A DNA stretch of 64,000 bases, taken from Neocallimastix sp. 'constans' (taxonomy: Eukaryota). Of this stretch, positions 12,691 through 32,480 are shown piece by piece. A program made the translations under genes and the position numbers. The DNA lies in assembly GCA_050613775.1 (NCBI GenBank), contig JBODTK010000152.1:1-64000 (forward strand), written 5' to 3'. Numbering within the stretch: the stretch's first letter is position 1; the number at the start of each line of letters is the position of its first letter. The notes beneath the pieces are model-generated. The model saw only the letters and a program-made list of their open reading frames with translations, was not told the DNA's origin and searched no databases.

Positions 12691-12778
12691 ACATGTATTT
12701 TATCAAATATTTAATTAATAAAGATGAAACAAGTTTGCTGCCGTTAAAAAAAAAAAAAAAAAAAATTATTTATAAACA

Positions 12779-12858
12779 ATTATATTTTTAAGAAGTTATA
12801 ATTTTATTATTTATTTGTTAATATATTGAGTTGTTATGGAAGTGTATTCTCTTCCCTG

Positions 12859-12889
<31 letters not shown>
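12779..12889 (+). mobile_element. Orphan LINE 3' end (stem-loop plus poly(A))
   Basis: GGAAGTGTATTCTCTTCCCTGTCT followed by poly(A), nearly identical to the 3' end at 14211-14270. No TSD found. Confidence 0.7.
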
Positions 12890-12916
12890 TAAAACTTAAT
12901 TTAATGGAGAAAAGAA

Positions 12917-14231
12917 CAAACATTAATTAATACTGGTCTATTTTTGTGTATCGGCTCCTTCTCTAAAAATGGTAAAACAAGTTCAGAAAACAATGACTAT
13001 ATTAGACATAATTCTACTATTAGTACTTATGCTTTATCTCGAGATCTAAGCATTCCTCCTATTGCTGGTGTCTGCGCAGCTTTACAGATTAAAGCATTTG
13101 CAAAATGGAGTACATCAAACTGTATTATAAAGGATCTTATTAAATCTATTCCCAAAATGCCTTATTACTCCAGGACTAAAGAATCTAGAACACTGTATAA
13201 AAAAAATTAAAAAATATAAATATGAAAAATATGACGATATTTTAGAACGTTACTGGAAATCAATTGCCAAATTTCAAGGTATTAAAGGTCAAAATTACGA
13301 TTGTAATAAGTTCTCAAACAATAAAGCTATAATTATGCTTAGCTTAAAATATCCCCAAATTAATTTAGGGTTTTCGTGGATTATACGTTTACGCTGTGGT
13401 TATAAATACAATACTACTATTGCTATTAAAATGGGTAGAGTTTCAGAAGATTGTCCCAAGTCTTGCCCCTGTTGTGGCGAAAGCAACCAATCTTTTGAAT
13501 ATTTGGATTTTTAAATGCGATGCTCTTGCATCTTTTAGATGGAATTCTTTAAATTTCATCGATGATCTCTATGTTTTATTCCTTAGGAAGATTAGAGTGT
13601 TTAATCCTCTTTCTTCCTATGACTCTATTTCTATTTTTGAAGATTATATCAATCATCATATATACTTGTTCCTTCTTGGTGGGACTTTAGTTTTAAATGA
13701 GCTACATTTCGATAGTGGGGAACAGAGACAATTAAATGAACTACTTTTCAAAGGTTCATCTGAGTCACCTGTTCCAAAAAATTGTGGGCTTGGCGGAATT
13801 CTTAACAAGAGCAATGCCTATCATAAGTAGTTCGTTTGAGCTATTATTTGATAGGTATTGCAAAATACCAAACTTATCCAAGAGCGTCGACGTCATACTG
13901 ATAAGGCATAATGAAAATACAGGATCAGCATCTATTTCTACGAAGGATGAATCTCGCCCTAGTAGTTCAATAAATTATGAATCCGGGGAGAGTTTAGTGG
14001 ACACCACACTATCTATTTTAAAGATGTTACTTCTAGGTTTTATTTCTTTTTTATTTGTTAGGAAGGGAAAAATACCCGCATAGTACAACTTGCCGAAATA
14101 CATAGTATTTTCGAACTTTTTTATTTTTTATTTTTTTAATTTTTTTATTTTTAATTTCAATTATACTTTTCACCTACATGTATTTTTTAAAATAAATTTA
14201 ATAAAGCTTTGGAAGTGTATTCTCTTCCTTG

Positions 14232-14270
<39 letters not shown>
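12917..14270 (+). mobile_element. 5'-truncated, frameshifted LINE of a related subfamily (post-RT region, zinc knuckle, 3' UTR, poly(A))
   Basis: 13-bp TSD ATGGAGAAAAGAA at 12904-12916 and 14271-14283. Peptides LSIPPIAGVCA, TKESRTL, SEDCPKSCPCCG, FLLGG and SKSVDV align with the full-length ORF. Confidence 0.88.
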
Positions 14271-14274
<4 letters not shown>

Positions 14275-14298
14275 AGAAAAGAAATGATTTTTAAATCA

Positions 14299-14451
14299 TT
14301 TACTTTAGCATTATTTTTGTATATGTATTTTTCTATAGTTTTATATAAATTCTCATGTAGGTATTTTAAAATGGAAATGTAGGAGATTGATTCACTCTTG
14401 TGCTTAAGACATTATTTAACGGATGGGAATGTTTTATAGTCTTTCCTTACT
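14299..14451 (+). repeat. Diverged copy of part of the LINE 5' UTR (7782-7941)
   Basis: Shared TTTACTTTAGCATTATTTT..GTATATGTATTTTTCTATAG, AAAATGGAAATGTAGGAGATTGATTCACTC and TTAAGACATTATTTAACGGATGGGAAT. Confidence 0.85.
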
Positions 14452-14499
14452 TCCTTCTTATTCTAATATTTTAGAATAAGATAATTTTTTAAATAGGTT

Positions 14500-15585
14500 T
14501 TTTTATATATTCTTTCTTGGTGGAATTTCAGCTTTAGATGAGTTCGATACTGGGGAACAGGGACATTTAAGTGAACAACTCCAAAGTAGTTCACAGGGGT
14601 CTACTGTTCCGTATATTGTGGGATTTGCGCAATATCTTGTTAATATAATATCGATCGTCAGTAGCTCTCTTGTGTTACTTTTTGAGAGGTTTAGCATAAA
14701 CACTTTCATTACCAAGAGTGCCGACGTCTTATGGATATGGCAAAGGAATAGTGCTGTTAGAAGTGCTGTTAATTCTCATCAATACACATTTACTAACAGC
14801 ACAATTCCAAACACAGAACCTATAATAAGTAATTCAATATTTCGATGATCTTTTTTGTGGTTCAAGGAAGAGTTTAGTGGATACTACACTATCTATTTCA
14901 AAGACGTTACTTCTTTGTTTTATTATTTTAGATCAGTGATTTTTACACTAAAATCATTTTGCATACCATTGTCAAGAGTGTCGTTGTTGAAACGATGAGG
15001 CAAAGAAGAAATTCTGATACAGATTCTAATGATAATTTTTATCCACATGGAGTTATTATCAATGAATGGGAAGAGTTAGAGACCATTTCTTCCTCAAAAC
15101 TCATTAACGTAGCATTTTAATATTAATACAAAAAATTTCATGTGTTTAATTTTCATATATTTTTTTTAATAAATATTATTAAATAAAGTTTATTCCTATT
15201 TTATTTTTAAAAAAAAATATTACTACAAATATAAGAAGTGGGAGTATTATTAATAACTACTTTAAATGTTGTGTCTTTTTTTAATAAATATTTGAATATT
15301 CATCTTCCGTGTCCTCTGGATCATTATAAATTATATTCTTTCTGTCAAGTAATTATATTTTAAACTTAGTAGAGTACCTATTGCTTTAAGAATATTTTAT
15401 CAATCTTAATTATAAATTAACTAATCATAATTTTGGATTTAATTGGGTTTTACATTTAAGATATGAATATAAGTACAATAGTGTTATTGCTATCAGAAGT
15501 GATAGAGTTTCAGAAAATTATCCCAAATATCGTCTATGTTGTGGTAGAAGTGATCAATTATTTATTTTCTGGTATTTAAATGTTC

Positions 15586-15621
<36 letters not shown>

Positions 15622-16080
15622 GATCGAAATCAATGGATTTCATCAATGACTTTTTGTTTTTATTTTTATTATTATTATTATTATTATTTTTTTTTCTTGA
15701 TAATAAAATAAGGAAATTATTAATTTTATTTTATTTTATTTTATTTTTTTTTCTATTATACTATTTTAAATTGTGAAGTGAAAAAATGAATTAATGAATA
15801 TATTTATATTCTCCTTCTTGGTGGAACTTAGGCTTTAAATGGCAAATGGCAACAATTCAATATTGGAGAATAAAGATATTTAAAAGAACTTTTATTACAG
15901 AGTTTTGAATCGGATGCTTCACATATATCTAGCTTAACTAATTACCTTACCAACATTATATCATTTATTAATAATTCTCTTGAATTATTTATTGATAGGC
16001 ATAGGAAAAAAAAAAAAAAAAAACTACCTTTACAATCATAAAAGTCAATATCAAACTGAAATGGCAAAGGAGAACTTATT
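14500..16080 (+). mobile_element. Series of degenerate LINE 3'-region fragments, at least three
   Basis: FFLGG...GEQ...VPYIVGFA...TKSADV at 14500-14830. 14870-14914 duplicates 13990-14034. VKSVVVE...GVIINEWEELE at 14970-15120 matches the end of the full-length ORF. A decayed zinc knuckle and LLLGG lie at 15500-15830. Confidence 0.75.
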
Positions 16081-16557
16081 AGTCAGTCAAAGTAATATAA
16101 CATGAATAGTAATAGTCGTTTTTTTATATAAATATATATTTTAGATTATATTTATATTAAATATATGTAAATATAAATCTAAATGAATATAAATTAATAT
16201 AAATAAATAATTAAAAATAATAATAAATAAATCTAAATAAATTAATTTAAATAAATAAATTTAAATGAATAATTCTAAATAAATGAATCTAAATATATAA
16301 ATCTAAATAAATAAACTTAAATAAATAAATTTAAATAAATAAATTTAAATAAATAAATTTAAATAAATAAATTTAAATAAATAAATTTAAATGAATGAAT
16401 TTAAATAAATACAATATATATATATGTATTATTTACTGTTTAATCTACGAATAGTTTTGAAGTATTATATATTAATAATTTGATTTTGAAATATTAATCT
16501 TTTTTTTTTTATTATATCATTATCATTATTATTTTATTTGTAATAATATATTGAAAC

Positions 16558-16672
16558 ATGGCAGAAGATACTGATGCTAAGGTTCAGAAATTATTTACTG
16601 AACTTGAACGTTTATGTCAACAAGAAGAATATAAAAAAATATTAGTTACTTGTGATAAAAGTATATAAAAAT

Positions 16673-16708
<36 letters not shown>

Positions 16709-19700
16709 TTTTTTTTTTTTTAAATTTTAATCATTGTTAATACTTTTTACATGTTTTAAATTCAAATGTAATAATTTGGAGCAATTGAACGAAATATAAT
16801 TTAATTAAAAAAAAAAAAAAAGAAAAAGAGAAAAAAAAGAAAATTTATAAGGATATAATAAACATAGCTTAAAAGAAAAAAAACAAAGATAATAATAAAT
16901 AGTTAGCAATAAGGGATTATATAATATTAAAATAATTTAATCAAAATAATTGAATAAATTTTAAATCAATTAATTTTAAAGTTTTCATTTAATGGATGAT
17001 GATAAATTACTATAAAATAAATAAAAAATATGTATTGTAATGGCAATTTTATAAATAATTATTTATATAATAATTTATATGTTTGTTTTATTTACGTAAA
17101 ATTTTAATGAAGAATTTGTAATAATTTCGTGAAATAAATTATATTAGAATATTTATTACTTATTTATTTTGTTATCATCACTTTATTTATTTATTTATTT
17201 TTATTTGTTATGTATATAATATTTAATACTTTTTTTTTTTTTTTTTTTTTATCAATTATTTAAATTTTAGTTTTAAAACTTATTCCAAATGATTCTGATG
17301 CTTTAAAAGCTAAAGTTATTACCTATATTCAACTTAGTGAATATCAAAAAGCCATTGATGTTATTGAAAAGGCCAAAAGACCTTCTTCTCTTTTATTCGA
17401 ATTAGCCTATTCATGTTATCGTAGTGATAAACTTGAAGAAGCTTTAGAACATGTTTCGAATCTTTTAGAAGATGATTCTACAAGTGAAGATTTAAAGAAT
17501 CCTTGTTTACAATTGAAGGCACAAATTGTACGTTTATTATTATTATTAATATTATTATTATTATTATTATTTTAATTATTATTTAGAAATAAAATTCTTA
17601 ATATCTATATATTAATAAAATTTTATAATTAATAAATAAACAAAAAACAACTGAATGATAGCTTTACAGAATGGAAAAACATTATGATGCTCTTCAAATC
17701 TATCAAGACATTTTAAAGGACATTAGTGAAGTAATTATTTATTTAATTATAAATTATTAATAATGAGAAATAAAATTCCATGAATTTTTAATTAATATTT
17801 TTTTTTTTTTTTTTGAATTTTTATATTTTAATATCTTATTTTTTTTTTTTCTTAATAGGATGATACATATTATGAAGAAATTTTGTCCAACTATTATGCT
17901 GTTAAAGCCGCATTCAAGAATTATGATAACATTACTATTATTGAAGTAAATATATATTAATTAACAAGTATAAATTCGTTTAAGAATAATATATATACAT
18001 AATCCTATTTTTATTAATTTTATTAATTTATTTATAAATAATTTAAAAGGATGATGTTAAAGAAAACAGTACTGAAACTTATGAATTAGCTTATAATTCT
18101 GCATGCATATTAATTGCTGAAGAACAATATGATGAAGCTGAAAAATTATTAGAAACTGCTAAAAGTATTTGTCGTGAAGCCTTACTTGAAGAAGATTATA
18201 ATGAAGACGAAATTGAAAAAGAATTATCTATTATCATTGTCCAATTAGCTTACGTAAAGCAATTAAAAGGAAATAGTAAACAAGCAAATGAACTTTATCA
18301 AAATGTTTTAAAATTAAAGTAATAATTTATTTTATTTATTTATTTTTTTTTTTGTTAATATAAATTTTTTAATATTAATAATTTATATTAACATTTTTAT
18401 ATGAAAAAAATTTTTTTTTTTTAAAATATTAATATGATTAATTAATTAATAACATTATTATTAATATTATTAAGGTCTGCAGATGAGGTTGTTACTGCTA
18501 TTGCATTAAACAATGTTATTGCTATCAGAAAAGAAAATGATATTTTAGATTCAAGTAAAAAGTACCGTACTATATCAAACCAAGCTCTTGATAATAAATT
18601 AACCATGGCTCAAAAGAAAAGTATTGAAATTAATGGTGTTTTACTTTCATTATACATGAATAAGGTAAATTATAAATTTTTTATAGAATGAAAATATAAT
18701 ATTTTTATACAAATTTATATGAACTGCTAATATTAACATTTATAAATTAATTACTATTATATATAATCCTAGTACACAGCTGCCATTGAACAAGCCAATG
18801 TTCTTATGGATAAATATCCAGAAGAAGAAATATTAAAGTTAATTAAGCCAGCTGCTCTTTACAGACAAAAGAATGCATCTGAAGCTCTTAAGGAATTAGA
18901 GGTAGAGATTAATTTTTTATTATTTTACTTTTTGCTTTTTATATTTTTATATTATTTATAATAATTTATATAGAATAAAATAATTTTATTATATTTAATA
19001 TTTTAAATTTTTATTTTATTATTATTGTTATTATTATTTTAATTATTTTTAATTTTTTTTTCTCATTATTTATTATTATTTTTAATCATTTTTATCATCA
19101 TATTGTTCAAATAGAAACATTTCAATGAAAATAAAAATTCATTAAAATTATGTTTAAGTGTTGCTCAATTTAAGATTATTCAAGAAAAGTATGAAGATGC
19201 TCTTAAGACTGTTGAAACTTATCTTAAATGTACAAATTCTGATATTTATGAATATCCCGGTCTTTTATCCCTTGTTTTATGGCTCAACGAAAAGTGTGGC
19301 AACATTGAAAAGTCTTTAGATTTATTACAAACTTATATTGATAATAACGATGTAAGTTGATTATATAAATTTAAATAAATAAATAAATAAATATATATAT
19401 ATATATATATAAATAAATTGAAAATAATAAAATAATACTAATAATAATAGTAACAATAATAATAGTACTTTAAATACTTAATAATTCAAAATAAATAACT
19501 AATAATTAATAATTAATAAATGATAATTTGATGATTAATAATTAATAATTAATAATAAATAATAAATATATATATATGATGTTTATTTATATAATATATT
19601 TTTTAGACAACTGAAGACCAAGCCTTAATTAAGAAGCTTATTGATTTCAAGTTACATTGTAATAATCCAGAAGAAGCTGCTAAGGATTATGAGAAACTTG

Positions 19701-20257
19701 TTAAAGCTGATCCAACTAATGTTGAAGCAATTTCTGGTTTAGTTATTGCACTTTCTAAGTTTGATATTAAAAAGGCAGAAGAATATGAACAATTCTTACA
19801 AACTGATCATCTAAGTGAATTAGTTAAAGGGCTTAATATTGATGATCTTGAATCATCTTATGCTTCAACTAAAACTTATAAGAAATTGGTTAACCAAACT
19901 GTTGCTAATAATGAAAAACCACGTGTTAAGAAACCACGTAAGAGAAAGCCTTTCGTTCCTAAAAACTTTATTCCAAACTTTAAACCAGATCCAGAACGTT
20001 GGTTACCAAAGTATGAAAGATCTAATTACAAGAATAAGAGAAAGAACTTAAATAAGGGACCACAAGGTGCTTCTGTTGCTGGTGGTGGTATTGGTGGTAC
20101 TCGTAGTGCTAACATTGGTGGTGGTAAATTTGTTCCATTAGTTGAAAAAACTGAAAAACCAGAATCTCCAGTTGAAGAAGTAAAGAAAACTCCACCAAAA
20201 CAAGGTCCAAAGAAGAAAACTCAACCAAAGAAGAAGAAGGGAAAAGGAAGAAAATAA
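16558..20257 (+). CDS. SRP72: Signal recognition particle subunit SRP72 (about nine exons)
   Basis: TPR-like exons (ELAYSCYR, LKAQILYRME, YELAYNSAC, QLAYVKQLKG) and the C-terminal RNA-binding signature KKPRKRKPFVPKNF...KPDPERWLPKYERS followed by GPQG. GT-AG introns lie between them. Confidence 0.95.
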
Positions 20258-20570
20258 ATTAAATACTAAATAAAATTTAAGAAAGAATAGATTAGATAAA
20301 TATATAATACATTATTATTGACCATTTTTTTTTCTTTTTTAATTTGGAATATATTAGTAATATATATTTATATAAAAAATTTCATTATAGATAATATATA
20401 TTATGATAATCGGAATTAAAAGTTATTAATATAATTTAATTAGAATAATATTATACTAATTAAAATAATAATAATGTAATGCATTTCTAAAATAATACTA
20501 ATAAAAAATATATATATAAATATATATAAATAAAAACAAAAACAAAAACAAAAGAAAAAGTAAAAGTAAA

Positions 20571-20613
<43 letters not shown>

Positions 20614-20819
20614 ATATATATATATATATATAAACATAAAACAGAAGCAAAATAATAATGGCAAATTAAAATATAATTATAAAAATAGTAAACTATAAGT
20701 AAATAAATTATGAGAAAAGAAAAATAAAAAGGAAAAATTTTGATCAATTATATAATTAATAATATTAACAATTAATGAATAAATAAAAATAAATATTAAA
20801 TAAATAAATAAATAATATA

Positions 20820-20882
<63 letters not shown>

Positions 20883-22420
20883 TTTTGTAAAAAAAAAGAG
20901 TAATAACATCTTTTAAAAATAATAGTAATAATTATATTATAAAATATCAATGATAATAGTTATGTTATAAATATATATATATATAATTGATATCTCATAA
21001 TTTTAATATAGATTATTTATAGTTAATATGACTTTTATTTATTAATATTTAACTAAATGAATATTACATGAAAGGGAAAATTACAGTTTAACAAAGTATA
21101 ATAAATAAGATTTATAATAACTATTTAATACCTATCTAATAATTAACGTTTTTTTGTAATTACCAAATATTGTACAATATCAAATAGTAATGTAAGCATT
21201 GTTGTCACAGATATTATGTATAATGTAGCATCAAGTACTGATTCTGATAGTAGTAACGAAGAGTAAACATTAATAATAATAACAATAGAAATAATATAGT
21301 AATAGAATTGATAGTGAAAATATTAATATTAATATTAGTGATAGTGAAGATAATAGTATCTTTACTAATAATAAAGTGAATAGATCAATTGGTGAAAATC
21401 GTGTTAATATTGGTAATTTAATGACTGTGTATATATATATGTGATGTGTTACTGATTATATAACTTCCTTCTTGATGATGGAGATGTAAACATTATTAAT
21501 TTAAATTATAATATGGAATGGAATGCTTTGTTTAATAACGTGATAATTCTAAAACTCCTTTTTTTGGTGCAATTTGTGGCTCTTTTTTTTTTTTTTTTTT
21601 TACAGAAGTAAAAAAAAAAAACCCTAATCTGGAGTAAGAATTTCCTTTAAACAGAAATATTATAATCTTGGCGGTAAGGATCATTGCATAGGAACTTTTT
21701 TCTGAATTCATTTATACACTTTATTTTTGAATATAACTTTCTATTTCACATTACTATTTAAAATATTATTATACTCAAATTGGACATATAATATTCATTT
21801 TTTTATTAATTGTGTGTTTTTTTATAAAAAAAAAAAAAATATTCATGTAATTAATAAATGAATGAATAAATTAAGTTAAAGTTCACAATAATTGCGGCTG
21901 TAAAAAAAGTAATAATAATTAACATATTTATAATATGGCTTATTTTAGAGTATAAATAATAAATAATAAAATGAATTTGAATAATTATAATGTTGTTAAA
22001 TACCGATAAAAAAAATTTTTTTAAACTATATTTTAATAATTTAATTTAATCATTTTAAATTAATTTTTTTTTTTTTTTTTTTTTTACTTTAAAATAGGAT
22101 AAAAATAATTAAATTTAAATATTATTAATTAAACAATAAAAATCGATATATTTATGTATATTTTTATATTAAATAATATAATGATATGATATATATATTT
22201 TAAATGAAATTTTGAAAAAAAAAAAAAAAAAAAAAAAAAGACGGAAGAATTAATAAATTATTATGAATACTAATTCTTTTTCTCAATATCAATAATATTA
22301 TTAATTTTGAGTTTAAAAAAATCATTTATTTCAAGCACTGTTAATATTATAATTGTAATTGAAGATAATTTATTAATTTCTCTTTTATATTATTATTATT
22401 ATTATTATTATTACTATTAC

Positions 22421-22451
<31 letters not shown>

Positions 22452-22506
22452 TTAAATTAAATTTAACTTTGGACTATATTATTAATAAACCAAAAAAAAA
22501 AAAAAA

Positions 22507-29169
<6,663 letters not shown>

Positions 29170-29254
29170 TGGAACAATTATTTAGTTATTATTTCTAATA
29201 AAAAAAAAGTTATGGTAATTATAATAATAATTATTATAATAATAATAGTACAGG

Positions 29255-29292
<38 letters not shown>

Positions 29293-29976
29293 TTTAAGGT
29301 GATGATTAAATTATAATTCCAAATAAAATTCAGAAAAAGTTAAGAGAAAAAAATCTTTTTATAATCAAGAAAAAAATATAATATTTACATATTAATATTA
29401 AAGAAAAAAAAAAATAAAAGATAAAAAAAAAATACTAATAAAATTTAATTAAATAGTTGTTGATATAACTATAAAAAACAAAATTTCAATGAAAATTAAA
29501 GAAATTCAAAATTTTTAAAATAATTAACATCATATATAATAGAGGAATTATTTAATAAATTGAATTATTTTGCTATTCTATTAATGTAAATATGCTTATT
29601 TTAAATATATATGTATATATATATTAATATATATGTTATATATAACTAATGATCTAATTTTAATCTAATATAAATATTCTTTTTTTCCTAAATTCTTTAG
29701 CATTTTTTATGAATTGATTCACATGATCTATTAAAAGAGTCAATAATAATTAGTAAATTCATTGGAATTAATAGTATAAAAGTATCAATAAATTATAAAA
29801 ATAATAATTTATTTGAAAAATTAGTTATTTGAAAATATATTAAATTACATTTTGTTATATTGTGTAACGTTATTATTATATATTAATATACATTTAAATA
29901 TATGAAACCTTTTTTTTTTTTTTTTATTTTAATAAATTCATTTAAATTAAATGAATTTATATATGTAATAAAGTTT

Positions 29977-29977
29977 A

Positions 29978-30015
<38 letters not shown>

Positions 30016-30307
30016 AAACCGTTTCTCTACAATCTAAAGGGATGAAGATTTTCTCCCTTTGAAGATTTAAAAACCCATATTGGTTTTTGTATTTTATTAT
30101 ATAAAAAAAAAAATGAAGGAGGAGAATTCAGGGTCTATAACGAACCAGTGAAACTTCTCTTGAAAAAATTTTTATGTAGAAAATATATAATTTATGTTTC
30201 TATATATATATTAAGAGATTAAAACATTATATCAATGTGATGTGGAATTGACAACTATAAACGAACTAAACTAAACTAAACTAAACTAAACTAAACTAAA
30301 AAAAAAA
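29977..30307 (+). mobile_element. Putative short retroposed insertion with a (CTAAA)n plus A tail
   Basis: Imperfect 12-bp direct repeat GTAATAA(A/G)GTTT at 29965-29976 and 30308-30319, a GC-richer interior with hairpins, and a CTAAA tandem tail at ~30266-30307. Confidence 0.45.
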
Positions 30308-30906
30308 GTAATAAGGTTTTTTTTTTTTTATCTTAATAATAATAATAATGATAATATACCATATTTAAATTTATAATCTATATATAAATATATATACATA
30401 TATATTTTTTTTTATTTTTTTAAAAAATAAAATTTTTGTCAAAAAAATTGAAAATAAATTATTATTTAAATATTGATTTATATAAAAAAAAAATTTTTTT
30501 TTTTATTATATATTCAAAATTTATTTTAATTTTTATTTATTTTTACTTATTAATTTTTATTAATTTTTATTTTTATTTTATTTTTATTTTCTTTTTTTTT
30601 TATATATATATATTTTTTCTTTTACTTTTAGTTTATTACTTTAATAATGAACTACTTGTATGTTATTTAAAAAATTATTTTATATATAAACGATAAATAA
30701 AAAAAAAAAAAAAAAGATTATTTTATTTATATATATATATATATGCATTTTTATCTTTATTATTATTATATATTATTTATAAATCGTCGTAAATTATATT
30801 AATATTAAATATTAAATAATAATTAAATGTTATTCGTGATTTTAATATTGTAATCGCTTTAAATTATTAAAGATATTAATTATTATCACTTATTATTTTA
30901 TCAAAA

Positions 30907-32480
30907 CTAAAACATTTCGTCTTCTGGATTTTCTAATTCTTGATTTTCTAATTCTTCGCCTTGATCAGGTATTTCAAAACCATCCTATTATTTAATAATT
31001 TATTTTATGTATTATAATTTATTTATATTTATAATTTATTTATATTAGCAAAAAAAATTTTTTTTAGTATAGTCAATTCATTACAAATGAATATGTAAAT
31101 AAAATAAATTCCTACTTCAGTGCTATATAATATGGTTTGAACTTCTTTCATAAATTCTTGACATTCTATTGGAGACTATATTATATAATTAATTTTCAAG
31201 GATAATTATATATATATATATATTAATTAAAAGTTTATTATTAATATTATCATTATATAACTATATTACAATTTTTTTTTATTAAATTTCTAGAGACTTA
31301 CGATTTCGATTTGATTTTGTATTAAAACTTCAATATCTCTAAGTTTACCGAAATAAAAGTCTCTTTCTTTTTCTAATGCTTCAACTGTTGCCTTTAATCC
31401 TGTGATTTCGCCAGATAATTCATTCATTGAATTTTGATATTCAGCTTCAAGTTCAGCTTTTTTAATAGCCCTTATAAAATAATTATATATATTATATTTA
31501 TTAATTTAAAAAATAAAATATTTCAAAAGAAAATGACTTTTAGTATATATAAAATATTACTAACTTTCGTAAAGTATTTATTTAATGTTTATTTATATAT
31601 ATATACCATTGTTGTTCAGCAGCATGATTATCAACAGATTTTGATTTTAAAGTGTTTGATTTAACTCCTGTATTACTTTTTAAGCCAGTAGATCTAGTAG
31701 TAGGAGTTGAACGAGAGGAAGCAGTACTTGGTCTTGAAGTAACAACACGTGGCTTAACTGAATTCATTTTTTTAGTTCCTTTTTTTGCAGAAGCATTTCT
31801 TCTAGCTACTGCATCATAAGCATTACCGGAGTAATAAGTATCCCAGAATTTTTTCATCCATTGTAAAAATTCTAAATTATCTTGGAATCTACATTTCATT
31901 AATCTTTGAACTGGAATGGCCTTGTGTAGATTTATAAAAATTTAAATTAAAGCATGATTACTATATACATAAAAAACTAAATGAAATTTATAATATTTGT
32001 TTATATCATATACCTTTTCAATACCATGTTTATCAAAAACTTGTTGTAAAATTTTGAAATTTTGAATATATTCATATTCTAAATTGGTAGTGAAATTTAC
32101 TCTTCTTAATGGAACATCTCCTGCTATTTTTTATTTGTTTTACAAAAAAACAAACATACAAACAAAAAATAAATAAATAAATAATTATAATTTTAAATAT
32201 AAATTATATTATTATTAATACTAATATTATTAATTTTTAAATGTATATCATCAACAAATTTATATTATAATATATACGATAAATTGAATCCATAATTTGA
32301 CAGAGAGCGGCACCTATATAAATTATAATATTAATAAGTTTACATTTTTTTTTTTTTTCTTTAATAATAAATAAATTATTATTATATTAATGTACCAGTT
32401 CCACATTGTTCAATTTTGGTATAATTTAATTGTAATAAATCATTTAACCAAGTTAAAAGTTCTGTTCTTGATTCACCCAT
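30907..32480 (-). CDS. BIM1: EB1/Bim1/Mal3 microtubule plus-end binding protein (multi-exon)
   Basis: MGESRTELLTWLNDLL, IEQCGTG, ALCQIMDSI, EYEYIQNFKILQ and KCRFQDNLEFLQWMKKFWD form the CH domain. LEKERDFYFGKLRDIE is the EBH domain, and the acidic tail ends EDEMF. Confidence 0.96.

Larger units (their letters stand above)
7161..12765 (+). mobile_element. Older 5'-truncated non-LTR retrotransposon, split into 7161-7490 and 12702-12765 by a nested insertion
   Basis: 13-bp TSD TTATTTATAAACA at 7148-7160 and 12766-12778, poly(A) at 12746-12765 preceded by AATAAA. The 5' part encodes TKSVNAE, matching the TKSVDVE C-terminal motif of the nested element. Confidence 0.8.

Noticed and set aside
12903..14283. 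ATGGAGAAAAGAA after two poly(A) tracts as a sequence-specific target
   Set aside because: The two copies are simply the TSD of the 12917-14270 insertion, and the other TSDs are unrelated in sequence.
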